From contig JAQGDQ010001320.1 of assembly GCA_030141605.1 (NCBI GenBank), positions 1 to 47,488 of the forward strand: a stretch of DNA of 47,488 bases, read 5' to 3'. The position numbers were made by a program, and so were the translations under genes. This stretch comes from Tubiluchus corallicola (lineage: Eukaryota; Animalia; Priapulida). Every line of letters begins with the position of its first letter. The stretch's first letter is position 1. Positions 1-13,067 of this stretch are shown piece after piece. The notes beneath the pieces are model-generated. The model did not search any database, was not told where the DNA came from, and saw only the letters and a list, made by a program, of their open reading frames with translations.

Positions 1-165
<165 letters not shown>

Positions 166-169
166 TATT

Positions 170-785
170 TTTTAAAAACTACAGAATACATTATCTCTAC
201 TTGTAAGGATATGTTTAAAATTTCTAAAAGCATTTACAACGTATTAAACCTATTCACACACATATATATATATATATATATAATTTAGAATCCAACGCAT
301 GAGACACATTGAACGACAAAGATCATATACAATAGACATAGTTACAAATTATAATCCAACAGTACATACACACATGCATAATAAAAGATGACGAACATAT
401 TTTAATACTTAGTAACAAAAATTTACACATATTATACACAATGAAAAACAGGAAGTACAATTATAATAAACATAATTACCAATTCTAATGTAAATTCACA
501 TATTCATAAATATAAACAGCATATAGAAAACACGACGAGAGTTGTAAAATTTCATCACCAACAGACTGTTTATATACGAACGAAAGACGATAGGAATTCA
601 TGCGACATAAGATTTGCAAAAGCATTTATAGCATTATTATCACAGCTAGAGAAAACATACGGGTAGTCCGAATCTAACGTAGGCAGAGTGCTAATAAAAT
701 CATTTCTTTTGGTTTGGTTTACTGATGTACATTCAAATAATAAATGATGTACAGACTGAGGGCTTAATAAACAGTTACATAATAA
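170..785 (-). mobile_element. 5'-truncated non-LTR retrotransposon 3' end (ORF2 C-terminal zinc knuckle, I-group/RTEX-like) plus 3' UTR
   Basis: ORF 570-788 reads CNCLLSPQSVHHLLFEC (C-x-C-x7-H-x4-C knuckle typical of LINE ORF2 ends), stops at 570, then AT-rich UTR into a (TAA)n tail; similar peptide at 32580-32785. Confidence 0.7.
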
Positions 786-1372
786 CAAATATGGCGAAAC
801 ATTTCATTAGCTATATGGGACCAGTCCTATGGAATAGACTAAACCGCAATTCAAAATGTAGTCACTCCCCTTCAACTCTTAAAAAAACTGTCAGAAAAGA
901 AATATTTCAAAAGTATTGAGAGTAACACAGTTAGATAATGGTAATCACCTGCATTCTTTTTCCACAGTAATCTTAATATAACGTGACTATGCTCAACAGG
1001 TTACTGAACACTTTATAATCATGATCACAGTTTTTCTTAGTTCTCGCTCCATTTCATCTTTCATTCACTACTCCCCCTCCTCCACTTTTATGTATATATT
1101 ATCATTATTTCAATTATTAATCACTTCTTTAAGATTTCCACGTACAGTTTGACCTGTCAAGCTATGCTTTTAGGCTCAAACTGTATGCATCAAAATTATT
1201 CCGTAATGTAATTTGCACATGTATATGCTGCATAAGAATCTTTTTTGTAATTTCAGGATAATATTGCATTTATATTTATATTTATATTTACTTCAGTGAA
1301 ATTATCTGTATTTTTATTATAACTGTTAGATGCAGAGTGGAAATAAATAAACTTATACAACTTATATAAAAC
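785..1372 (+). mobile_element. 5'-truncated CR1/L2-group LINE 3' end plus 3' UTR
   Basis: TNMAKHFISYMGPVLWNRL...STLKKTVRK matches the Y.GP.LWN.L...FK..LK C-terminal motif of CR1/L2 ORF2; ends AATAAATAAACTTATA; near-identical inverted copy at 15920-16470. Confidence 0.8.
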
Positions 1373-1930
1373 ATTCTTTATGATCCCACGAACATTACTT
1401 TCCCAGCTATTACACGTTTCAACGTGTGTGGAAAGACTCGAGCAACCTCGCCTAATTATTATGCAGTTTAGCACGCTAAAAAGCTTAAAGCTATAGAGCT
1501 TTCAACACATCAAAGCAAACCAACACGATCCGTCTTCTGGCGTTGCGCAAAAATTCCTCCTCACTCACTTCGTATTTGCTAAGACGTGCGACGGTGTGAA
1601 CCAGCCCGTGGGAATATCCTGTCAACTCTGATAAAAAACGTTTACTCGTAGTGCTGCTGACAGAAAGCTAGGGCTTAGCCATTCTTTACGTTATTATGAT
1701 AACAATCAGGCTCTTGAGTCAGTCAGTCAGACTGGGACTAGACTGTACGTTAGACCTGAAACGCAACACTGTGTATGATGCATGAAACGCAAGACTGTGA
1801 ATCGGAATTTGAGTTCTAGATTTTCTTCCCGGGAGCTGGTCTAATGGGTGGAAGTATCCACAGCTGAAGTGTTGCAAGTGGAATGTAACGAGCTTGCAAA
1901 TATTTAACAACAATTCTTCAGCTTTGGCGG

Positions 1931-1999
1931 CCACAGAAAGGCGTCTCCAGACCACAGAAAGGCGGCTCCAGACCACAGAAATGCGGCTCTAGACCACAC
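1931..1999 (+). repeat. 21-bp minisatellite, about 3.3 copies
   Basis: CCACAGAAAGGCGGCTCCAGA repeated in tandem. Confidence 0.9.
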
Positions 2000-2289
2000 T
2001 AAACTCAGAAAATATCTAAATTACTAGGTAATCATAAATATATATATATGCAACTCCAACTCAGATGCGCTTTTGGCGTCTAAGAAACGTTTTTTCTTTT
2101 AGCCTCAAAGTGCATATAATTTCCATACTGTATGCCACCCCATTCTTCTGTAGATTAACATTGATACGCCCTCAAATTGAATTGTGTAAAATTCAATTCT
2201 TTTCAATGGGTGCACAATGAAGTGGATCTAATAGAGACGCCACAGCAAATTCTAGGATGAGTTAAATTACAACGAAGTGGTTGAGAAGA

Positions 2290-2641
2290 ACAAGAGCAGC
2301 AACAGCAACAGTAAAACAGCAACAGCAACAACACAGCAGCTGTAAGAACAACAGTTTAGCAAGAGAAAGAGCAAAGCAAAATCAACAGCAACAATAGCGA
2401 CAGGGACAGCGACAGCGACTGTGACAACAGCAACAATAACAACAACAACAACAGCATCATTTATCAACAACAACAGCAACAGCAATAACACAGCAGCAAC
2501 AGCAACAACCACAACAACATCATTTATCAACAACAACAACAACAACAGCAACAGCAATAACACAGCAACAACAGCAACAATGACAATGACAACGACAACA
2601 ACAACAACAACAGCAATAGCAACAACAATAACAACAACAAA
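2290..2641. repeat. Degenerate (CAA/CAG)n microsatellite with an internal ~65-bp duplication
   Basis: Triplet repeat; CATCATTTATCAACAACAAC...GCAATAACACAGCA occurs twice. Confidence 0.85.
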
Positions 2642-3064
2642 AAGAATGTAGGAACGACACTACCTTACTACTATCTACAGACTAGCAAACAAATCAATTT
2701 ATTAACATCTAATGCATGCCTGAATGACATTCAATGCCACTATCTACGGGATTATTGAAAGTCATACCTAAAATCATCAATTTTAGATCATTTAATGCTG
2801 CTTCATTGCCATGCTGTGAGCACAATATACTGAAGGCTAGGTCAATCTCGCTCTCTATAATTCAGAGTCCTTTGGTCAAGTGCATAATTATGTTGTTCTG
2901 GTATTTCCTGCTAGACGAAGACTGTTTTATTTGCCATATTAGACTAACTTACGCTGGGTGTGATATTTCAAGGTGAAAAACATCCAGCCTAGTTTTCATC
3001 CGTGAATTAGGTATTTTGTGACCAATTCTAAGTCGAGTTGGTTGAAATATAAAATAAGATTTAA

Positions 3065-3606
3065 AGGAAAACCGGATGTTTGTTTAGACTCAATCTCATT
3101 TTAGTTGACTGTCCAAAATATACATTTTCTTGCCCAAAAAGTTAGCAATTGTTCCTTATATTTGAATAATTAGCTTAGAAAGTTATTAACGGCAATCCAA
3201 CACAGCTATTACTTACGTCAGAAACTAACCACAGTTTGTGCAAAGGCAGGCGTCTTACCTTGCGCGTCAAGCACATTTGCGTAAATGTTACTGCTTAAAC
3301 GCATGATGTCACGAAAATGGGCTCTACATCATGTAACGTCAGAAACTAACACTGCAGTTCATGATCATGCTTATCACGGTACCGCCTTCTATTTGTCGGC
3401 CACTCGAATGTGACAAAAAGGCGCCGCTGCCAATCTTAGTAGATTCACTGAGCCGCGCGTAGCTTTGAAAGTTTAACAAAATTTGAGTATCCGAGGTAAT
3501 TATTATTTAATCTAAGCTTTGTTTTAAAATAAGCTAACTGTAGTTTTCAATATTTTAAAGCATTCTTTATTCTGAACTCGTGTTTACACAATCGTCCGGT
3601 TTTCTT
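3065..3606. mobile_element. Non-autonomous DNA transposon (Kolobok-like MITE) with TTAA target duplication
   Basis: TTAA|AGGAAAACCGGATG ... CGTCCGGTTTTCTT|TTAA: imperfect TIRs with purine-purine termini flanked by TTAA; left-end fragment recurs at about 35103-35147. Confidence 0.75.
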
Positions 3607-4074
3607 TTAAGTGTGTCTATTTGAAAACAGAGAATATAATCAACAGTTTGAAAAACGTTAGTTTACTGTAGAATCTTAAGTATAGTTAAACGCTCGAAGT
3701 GTTTGTGCATTGTTACAGAAACGAACTGGGTCTTCTGCAAGGAGAACAGCATTGTGATGTTACCAGTGCATATAAAGTAAATGGACTTTAAACAGTTACA
3801 GGCTCATACCTAAACAAATGCATGCATGTAATGACAGCCTCAACATGTTAATACACAAAATATTTACCGGTGCCTAACGGAAATGATAAAAATATGCTCT
3901 AGCTCTAATTATGGCACGCATACGAGTACGCCATGTAGTATTTATAATTATTTAGAATAATATGGGGATAAACCGAAACAGCATTCCAGACATTCCTGGA
4001 GATGTGGACGATTTACTACTTTCGCCTTTCAAACAAATCTTACTTGTTCTTGGCCAAGAGATAGCAGCGTATGG

Positions 4075-4205
4075 ACGAAAACTTTGCAATGTACAGCATG
4101 TCCGTGAAACAAAAAATTGTGATGTACAGTATGTCCGTCAAACAAAAAATTGTGATGTACAGCATGTCCATGAAACAAAAAATTGTGATGTACAGCATGC
4201 CGTGA
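4075..4205 (+). repeat. 33-bp minisatellite, about 4 copies
   Basis: TGTACAGCATGTCCGTGAAACAAAAAATTGTGA with period 33. Confidence 0.9.
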
Positions 4206-4828
4206 TTTTTTCCTGTAACTTTTTTTTGTTTTGGTTTTTTGTGGTTTTTTTTTTTTTGTTTTTTGTGTTTTTGTTGGTTTTGGTTTGTTGTTTGGTTTGT
4301 TGTTGTTGCATTTTGCCTTTAGATTTCTCCTCGGAAAACGATAAAAAATCTTCCTGTTCCCTCACGACCGGTGTTTATGCTTCTTTAACCAAATTTGTCG
4401 AGCCTAGAGTGAAAAAAGGACGTTTTTTATCTGTTACGTGAATTTTTTTGTTAAAAGTTAGTTTTTTTAGATTCGCCTTGGACGATCATAAATTACTAGC
4501 AAAGGTTGAGCAAAAAATTTTGCGCATAAATACACTTATAATCAAAAATACGCAAACATTCTACGTAGTGTTCGTTTGTTTATCTAAATCAAAGCCAGCA
4601 GCAGTTTTTACTGAATTAAAGTTAAGAGGTTATAGGCAGAGTATAATGGATGACGTCAGAACAATGGTTTTGCGTCAGCAGTTCTCCTAGCGAAAATTGC
4701 CAAAAATAGAACTTCTAATTAACTCGTCGGCACTCCTCTTGGTGGGCGTGTCCTAAAATACAGTCCACATCTTCGTGTAGCCCTGTTCCTTCTCTTTCGA
4801 AAGAGCCATACTTCTTTTTCCCAGAGTC

Positions 4829-4843
4829 CCACCAGGTGGCGCT
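4829..4843 (+). promoter_or_regulatory. CTCF core motif match
   Basis: CCACCAGGTGGCGCT matches the CTCF core consensus CCASYAGRKGGCRS exactly; binding not shown. Confidence 0.5.
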
Positions 4844-5474
4844 AGGACATTTTTTCTACAGCGAAATTAATATATAGATATCATCGAATTTATACCGTTT
4901 ATCAGATACAATAAATCATGGTATCACTGCTAGTTGCTGGGCTTATTGTTTTCTTACTGAAACAATTATCTGAGGAGAAACCAAATTAATCTCTCCAACC
5001 TTCCACAGCCAGAAAAATTTCATCTGAACTTCACGGTAGATTAAAAAGAAATAATCCCCGACGTGAATTTTATAGATCTTCTCCAAGGTTCCGGCTGCAA
5101 ATGGCTCTGCGAAGCAACGCCTTGAAATTGACAGGACAAATATTGGACTTTCAGCTGTTGGCTGGCTGTCTCGTCATTAACACAGATCGAAGCAGTGGTT
5201 AACACCTTGCAACCGATGATTACGTGAGTCTGGGGAGCCGTAAAAATTGATTTTGTAATCTTGGTCCATGTAGATGTAGGTGAGAGACGTCACCAGGTCA
5301 CGAGAGTGGGAGAGAAAATCACACTGACTAAGCTGCAGACATGTACAGATTATTATAATCTGTTTCTTCTGGGTTATGTGTGGTCCCCTAGGAAATGGGC
5401 AAGCACTGTAATTGTTGTAAATGTGAATTGCAAATTAGTGGAATACGAGCAGTATAAAAAGACTGCGTGCAGAC

Positions 5475-6174
5475 AAAAGAAGGAAAATGGGATGAGGGGA
5501 GAAAAAGGGGGAAAGAAGGAAAGAAGGAAAGAGAGAACCAGAAGGACAGAAATCAAGAGAGGAATTCATGTTGGAGAACAAGCAAGAAAAAAGGAGAAAG
5601 ACAGAGGGAAAGAGGGAAAGAGACAGAGAGAGAGAAAGAGAGAGAGAGAGAGCGAGAAAGAGAGAGAAAGACACAGAAAAAGAGGGAAAGAAAGAGGAGA
5701 GAAGGAGAGAGAGAAAGAGAAGGAGACAAAGACAGAGAGAAAGAGAGATAGAGAGACGGGGAGAGAGAGAGAAAGAGAAGGAGAGAAAGAGAGAGAAAGC
5801 GAGAGAGAAAAAGAGAGAGAAAGAGAAGAAAAGAAAAGAAAAGAAAAGAAAAGAAAAGAAAGAGAGAAAGAGAGAGAGAGAAAGTCAGAGAAAGAGAAGG
5901 AAAGAAAAGAAAGAGAGAAAGAGAGAGAGAGAAAGAGAGAGAAAGAGAAGGAAAGAAAAGAAAAGAAAGAGAGAAAGAGAGAGAAGAGAGGGGGAGAGAG
6001 AGAGAGAAAGACAGAGAAGAGAGGGAGAGAGAGAGAGAGAGAGAGAGAGAAAGAAAGAGAAAGAAAGAGAGAGAAAGAGAAGGAGAGAAAGAGAGAGAAA
6101 GACAGAGAGACAGAAAAAGAGCAAGAAAGAAAAAGAGAAAGAGAGAGGGGAAGAGAGAGAGAGAAAGAGAGAGG

Positions 6175-6215
<41 letters not shown>

Positions 6216-6430
6216 GAGAACGGGGGAACCCAGGAAGTGAGCGAGGAAAGCAGAAATACGGAAAGAGCGAACAAAAAATTCGAAAGTAATTACGAGGGAA
6301 ACACAGGAAGAGATTAGAAGGAGAAAAAGAGACAAAGAAGGAAGAGAGGGATAAAGAGACAGAAAGGGAAAGGAAGAGAGAAACAGAGAGGAGGAAGAAA
6401 CTGAAAGAGAGACAGACAGGAATGGAGAAG
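5475..6430. repeat. Long AG-rich polypurine low-complexity tract
   Basis: (AG)n/(AAAAG)n mosaic; explains the overlapping ER/SL-rich ORFs. Confidence 0.95.
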
Positions 6431-6981
6431 ACTCCACAATGCTTGACTTGTCTGCACGTGGAAAAAAGTGAATGCCATTTCAAGTAATTGCATCAAGGTT
6501 TTGAGAATTCCACTGTTATAACAAGCTTAAATCTTTTCTGACTACAAAACCAGCAGCAGCAGCTGATGTATAATCAGGGGGCTTTGTAGAATTGCACAAA
6601 TCCGGATGTATTCAACTCCCGACATTTCCGACAAATATTCGATTGCTGGAGAATAATGCCTCGTGGTCAGCAGCGTCGAAATATCATTCGATTCAATTCT
6701 AAATCTGCCTCCGATTCGCGGTTACGGTCATTAGCAGTGCACTCTCGGCGAGCGACACATGACCGCTTGCAAAAACAGTTTTGCCTGAAACGAAGACCAC
6801 ACTGGGAGGAAAATTAGCAGAATTTGCAAAATGACAAATACCTTCATTAGAACCTCAACTGGCTTCCTTTCGTTTTTGCAATATCAAATGGCTTCAAGTA
6901 ATTGATCCGTCGTTACTAACAGAAAATGAGAAAATAAAAATCCGTGAGCACAGAATTTGTGTCTATAACATCATGTACATA

Positions 6982-7420
6982 AAATCACGTTGAAAACACC
7001 GCGTTCTCGTCTGATCATCGAAGTTAAGCAACGTACAGCCTGGTTAGTACTTGGATGGGTGACCGCCCCAAAAAATATCAGGTGCTGTAGGCTTGCGGGA
7101 TGCCCACACTGTATCTCGACACTAGGCGGAGGAACTGCACAAGCGGCCAACGGCTAGAGGGCGGAGCAGGTCAAGTGACCCAACGGCCATGCATAGAGGA
7201 GTAAACTAGGGAGGGAGAGAAGGGGTTCCTGCTGTCTGGGCAACCCAGGATCTCCATACACCTTGCCCAGGCGTGCACCCTGGAGAGGCCACTCCAGTGG
7301 TTCAAGGATCGCACTGCTCAGCCACAGTCGACGCTGCAGCTCCATCAATGTGATCAATAACTGACTCTCTCGGCGCACACTCCATTGTCTTCCGAGACAG
7401 AAGGATGCCAACAACAACAA
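6982..7420 (+). mobile_element. 5S rRNA-derived SINE (SINE3-type) with RTE-derived tail, copy 1 (internal deletion)
   Basis: 5S-like head 6982-7094 with internal control region (AAGTTAAGC...GTTAGTACTTGGATGGGTGACC); no TTTT terminator; body shared with 25254-25545; tail translates SRIALLSHSRRC and ends (CAA)n. Confidence 0.85.
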
Positions 7421-7692
7421 TGTTTTTAATTCTAGTCATCAGTTTAGTCATAGTTAATGTTTGGCTGCAGCAGTATAATCATAAATAGATACTAATTGTT
7501 ATCATTATATCTGTTAACTTGAACTAAAATTAGGCAATGATGTACATATATGTATGTAAGATGTATGTTACTATGATATATTGTTGATGTGAAATAAATA
7601 AATTAGATTAAATTGAATATTCCAGCTATCATAGTTTAGATAGTTGGCAGATTGCCAGCGATAGTTAGAAATGACTATAGCAGTCTAGGAGA

Positions 7693-7946
7693 CTCCTGCA
7701 GCCAACCTGGTGCCAAACGTATCGCTCCGCTTTCCTTTGGACTACACCAGGGAGGAAGAGAGGGGCGTTCCTGTTGTCTGGGCAACTCAGGATCTCCATA
7801 CACCTTGCCCAGGCGTGCGCCCTGGAGACGTTCAAGGATCGGACTGCTCAGCCGCAGTCGACGCTGCAGCTCCATCAATGTGATCAATGACTCTCTTGGC
7901 GCACACTCCATTGTCTTCCGAGACAGAAGCATGCCAACCAACCAAC
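7693..7946 (+). mobile_element. 5'-truncated copy 2 of the same SINE/RTE-derived element
   Basis: 7693-7810 matches the body of 25254-25370 (reverse complement); 7750-7940 matches 7208-7415; tail translates SRIGLLSRSRRC and ends (CCAA)n. Confidence 0.85.
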
Positions 7947-8233
7947 ATAACCCTAACAATGACCGAAGATAATACGTAGACTTGCACCGTAGAAAGCTCA
8001 TCAATTTTGATGCAAGCTTATATACAATATCTTTATCGCAACAGCACTACATGTACGTATTTCAAGTATTATTTCAATTTAGTTGGTACTTGAGTGATCA
8101 CTTAAGCACATAAGAATGTGGTGATGTAAAGGTGAAGGATGACGATGTTAGGATTTTAGCTGTGTCTAAAACAAAGCTGCGAAATTCGACTCAATCTTAG
8201 TTCAGCACGTAGGTTTACATGACGACAAGCAGA

Positions 8234-8249
8234 TGCTACAATAAACGTG

Positions 8250-8314
<65 letters not shown>

Positions 8315-8403
8315 AGGGAGAGAGATAGAGAGAGAACGGCAGAGAGAGAGAGAGAGAGAGAAAAGAGACGGAGACAGAGAAAGAAAGAGAGAGAGACAAA
8401 GTG

Positions 8404-8465
<62 letters not shown>

Positions 8466-8484
8466 AGAGAGATAGAGAGAGAAC

Positions 8485-8537
<53 letters not shown>

Positions 8538-8561
8538 AGACACAGAGAGAGAGAGAGAGAA
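8234..8561. repeat. (AG)n microsatellite with an internal ~147-bp duplication
   Basis: GGGAGGGAGAGAGATAGAGAGAGAACGGCAG occurs at about 8312 and 8459 between (AG)n runs. Confidence 0.9.
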
Positions 8562-9243
8562 GGGCATGTGTCAGATAGAGATAAAAAGGGCAGAGAGAAG
8601 GGGAACCATATGTAAGAAATACATGAAACGCCTTTGCATAAACGGCCTAGTGTTTTCCTAGCCTTTACAAAATTATAACAATTTCGCCCCCTTGTACTTC
8701 ACACATTATCTCAGCACTTTAGTAAACATGGTTAGTAAACACAGCAATATAATAATCATAAGTTATACGGCTTGGTCTAATCAATGAAGCCCCGACTTTG
8801 TGTAGTGATCTGTATATAATGTACATGAATGTTTAATGAGTGAAGGAGATGTGGCGAACTCCATCGCCTGATTACCAAGTCTCTTATGAAAAAGAGAGAA
8901 TCTTCTGTAACACAGCTGAGTAATTGAAATTCTCGGGGTGTTACAGGGTTCTGTTTAAGACGGGGGTGCGTTTATCTACCAGTGGTTTAGGCGAAGCACG
9001 AATCATGAAATTGCGCAATGACAAATGATGTTGTTATGCAGCATGGTGAGCAGGCAAAATGTCAATGAGTCCCCGTGAAGGACTTATACTCCCTGTGTAC
9101 TTTCTGTGCAGTACAAATCATAAATAATTTGATTGTTTATTAAACATGAGATAAAGATGGGTAAAGAAACAAAATTACGAAGTTACAGTGCGCCATGACT
9201 GTGTATTTAGGAGGGAAAGAGAGTGAGAGAGAGAGGGGGGAAA

Positions 9244-9274
<31 letters not shown>

Positions 9275-10504
9275 GGGGGAGGGGAGGGGAAGAGAATAGG
9301 GTGACCAGGCGTCCTTTTCTTCTGGTCGGACTGGCTAGTCCTGATAAAATTTGAGGACTCTGTCTTTTATACTTCTTAATCTTAAGAAGGACGTTAATTT
9401 GTCCTTTTAGAGATCTGGCTAACCGTTTCGTAAGCCGCCTTTTGCACATTTTAAAAGTTTTCAAACAGCAAGGAGTTCGAGAACTGAGAGCTACAATAAT
9501 CACTATCTAACTTATTTTTATTATAATTTTATGTAGTTGCCATTGGCAACACTAGTGCAGCGTGACCAGCCAGTGTCACGTGACTAACAACAAACAAAAC
9601 AAAACACTTAGCATCACGAAATTGCTTAAATGCAATAATTTGTGTGCGTACGTATTTTGCATATTATACATCTGCATAATGTACACACAACGGCCATCTG
9701 TTTCTTTTTGGAGGTCTTTCTTTGGAGGTCCGTGCGGAGTGGGTGTGTCTCTCTTTTTCGGAGTTCTGAAAGTGGCAACCCTGGGACAGCAGAAAAGGAA
9801 AGAGAGAGACTGACACATCTACCTGAGAGGGATCTAAAGCGTGAAATTAAAATAAATTATAGAAGAATTTAAAGACCATAATATCACATTCTTGACCTAA
9901 TTTCATACCGAAAGGACCTCTGAAAAGTTCAACACAGAAAGCAGATTGACACAGAATGAAGTCTTCATCATCACTGGGTGAAGTTCCACTTCGCTGGGGC
10001 ATCCCCTGGTGGTTCTTTGCATCATTAATATCTCATTTCCTGACCAAATGTTCACTTGGGCAGAATCAATACGACGCCTGACTGCACCATTTTCTCTGAC
10101 AAGGGAAATTTAAGTGGAACACAATCGTGCTCAGGTGCTGCAGAGTGCGCTCCACAAACGAACTAGAATGGCAGCTCCAAAATTCACAGGATTCTGGCGA
10201 ATAAAGATGCTGCGAGATCAGAGGAAGAAGATGCTACGAGGAACGCTTTGACATTTTCCAATCTTAAATTTTTGAACTGTCTCCACTCTCTTAAATTCAA
10301 TCACTTATTTGTTTTTCATTGCTTTGTCCCTTTTCTGTCTTACCTCTCTCTTTATTTTTTCAACATTTGCTTGTTTGATTTTCGTTCAATTGATTTTATT
10401 CGTTTTCTTATTTTTGCTTTCCTTTCCTTCCAACTTCTTTACCTTTCTTTTTTCTTTTTACTCCAGATCTTTACGTCCTTTCTTTCTGTCAAATGGCATC
10501 TATT

Positions 10505-11070
<566 letters not shown>

Positions 11071-11623
11071 TTTCTTCTTTTGTTTTTCTCTTTCGTCTTT
11101 CTCATCCTTGTCGTTTTAATCAAGTTTTGCATTCCCCTGACCTTCACCAGTAAGACATATATCTAGACAGCAGAAGCATCTGTCACGCAGAGCCTCCTAA
11201 CTTGGTGACAAATTAAATTCCTGTCCTGAATCGGACGATGGGAAGATAAGCAGGCTACTGTGAGATACTGTGACACGTTAAGCAGCTTATCTACCCAGGT
11301 CACGCACAGTAATTACAGTTATTATTCCCCCTAGCTCTAGGAAGCAAAATTTGTTATTCTCAAATTTTCTCTTACATACGACAAGTGTTTTGTTTGTAGG
11401 AGATGCGATGGAGGAATTTTTAGAACAGCACATAACAAGGCGTGTTGTACGCTGATGACACATGACTATTAGATTTGTTCACGCTCGTTAAAACTTCAAC
11501 AAACGTGAATATAGCAGAGTTACATTCCAAGACGTTCCTCATGAATATTTCATGTAATCACTCATTGAATTGGACAACATTGGTGCAGTCACAAAATGTT
11601 GATGAACATACAGCATGAAGTAT

Positions 11624-12159
11624 AAACTATAGGCACCCGTCTAGCTAAATTCGTGAAACATGAAAAATTCGTGAAAAAACTATAGATGCCCGTCTAGCTA
11701 AATTCGTGAAACATGAAAGATTCGTGAAAAAACTATAGGCACCCGTCTAGCTAAATTCGTGAAACATGAAAGATTCGTGAAAAAACTATAGGCACCCGTC
11801 TAGCTAAATTCGTGAAACATAAAAGATTCGTGAAAAAACTATAGGTGCCCGTCTAGCCAAATTCGTGAAACATGAAAGATTCGTGAAAAAACTATAGGTG
11901 CCCGTCTAGCTAAATTCGTGAAACATGAAAGATTCGTGAAAAAACTATAGGTGCCCGTCTAGCTAAATTCGTGAAACATGAAAAATTCGTGAAAAAACTA
12001 TAGGTGCCCGTCTAGCTAAATTCGTGAAACATGAAAAATTCGTGAAAAAACTATAGGTGCCCGTCTAGCTAAATTCGTGAAACATGAAAGATTCGTGAAA
12101 AAACTATAGGTGCCCGTCTAGCTAAATTCGTGAAACATGAAAGATTCGTGAAAAAACTA
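11624..12159 (+). repeat. 53-bp tandem repeat, 10 copies
   Basis: ACTATAGGYRCCCGTCTAGCTAAATTCGTGAAACATGAAARATTCGTGAAAAA; unit starts at 11626, 11679, 11732 ... 12103. Confidence 0.95.
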
Positions 12160-12549
12160 GAAATGTCCCACTCATTTCAAAAATTAACAAACTCTATTGT
12201 AAATTTCAAAAATCTTAATTTAAATAAAAATATGATACAACTGCTGCTGAATCTGCTTTTTAATAATTTTTTACAAAACAAACTCAGGTTGGTCGAAAAA
12301 TAAAACACCAATAAACACGAACAATTAGTAACATAACTAATAATCATGGAGCTGCAATAATATATTAGAAAATCTAAACGGTTATTCAATTAAGGTATAT
12401 TCCCATACATACATTATCACCCAATGCAGTGCATCAGCGCCACATTTGCACAGTAACTGTTAACCTATTTGGTACGACTTGACGGCCACTGCGCTGCAAC
12501 TGAAGATATTTGCTGTATGTACAAATGTCTCAATTGAGTAACAGATTTC

Positions 12550-12838
<289 letters not shown>

Positions 12839-13066
12839 CTTTACTAAAAGTCGGTCGGCTTTCGGCTCAACAATTAACATTAGCTCAAAGAGCTATCATC
12901 GCCCACTGTAAATAACAACCTACAACTTCCCAACAGAGTCTATTGTTACCCCACTTATACCCTAAATACCACGCGTCAGGCAGGGCAAAGCAGGTACCAT
13001 GGTTTAAAGTCTCTGGTATGACCCGTCCGTTGGTTCGAACTCACGACCTCCCATACGGAAAGTAGA
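12839..13066 (-). mobile_element. tRNA-derived SINE with Meta-like central domain, 5'-truncated
   Basis: Minus strand: GGAGGTCGTGAGTTCGAACC (tRNA T-arm/B box), then GGGTCATACCAGAGACTTTAAACCATGGTACCTGC, resembling the MetaSINE core as I recall it; (ATT)n tail. Confidence 0.65.
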
Positions 13067-13067
13067 C

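Noticed and set aside
5261-6483. Long ORFs of 215-342 aa (ER/K-rich and SL/F-rich)
   Set aside because: Open on both strands only because the AG-rich tract lacks stop codons; same for 8156-8615, 34227-34633 and 36268-37040
7095-7210. HDV-like ribozyme in the SINE body (known from some RTE 5' UTRs)
   Set aside because: Could not assemble P1/P1.1/P2/P3 with a proper L3 and J4/2 by eye; needs a descriptor search
11624-12159. CRISPR-like appearance of the regular arrays (also 22845-23338, 29544-30229, 37322-38750)
   Set aside because: Units are contiguous without unique spacers, there are no cas genes and the context is eukaryotic
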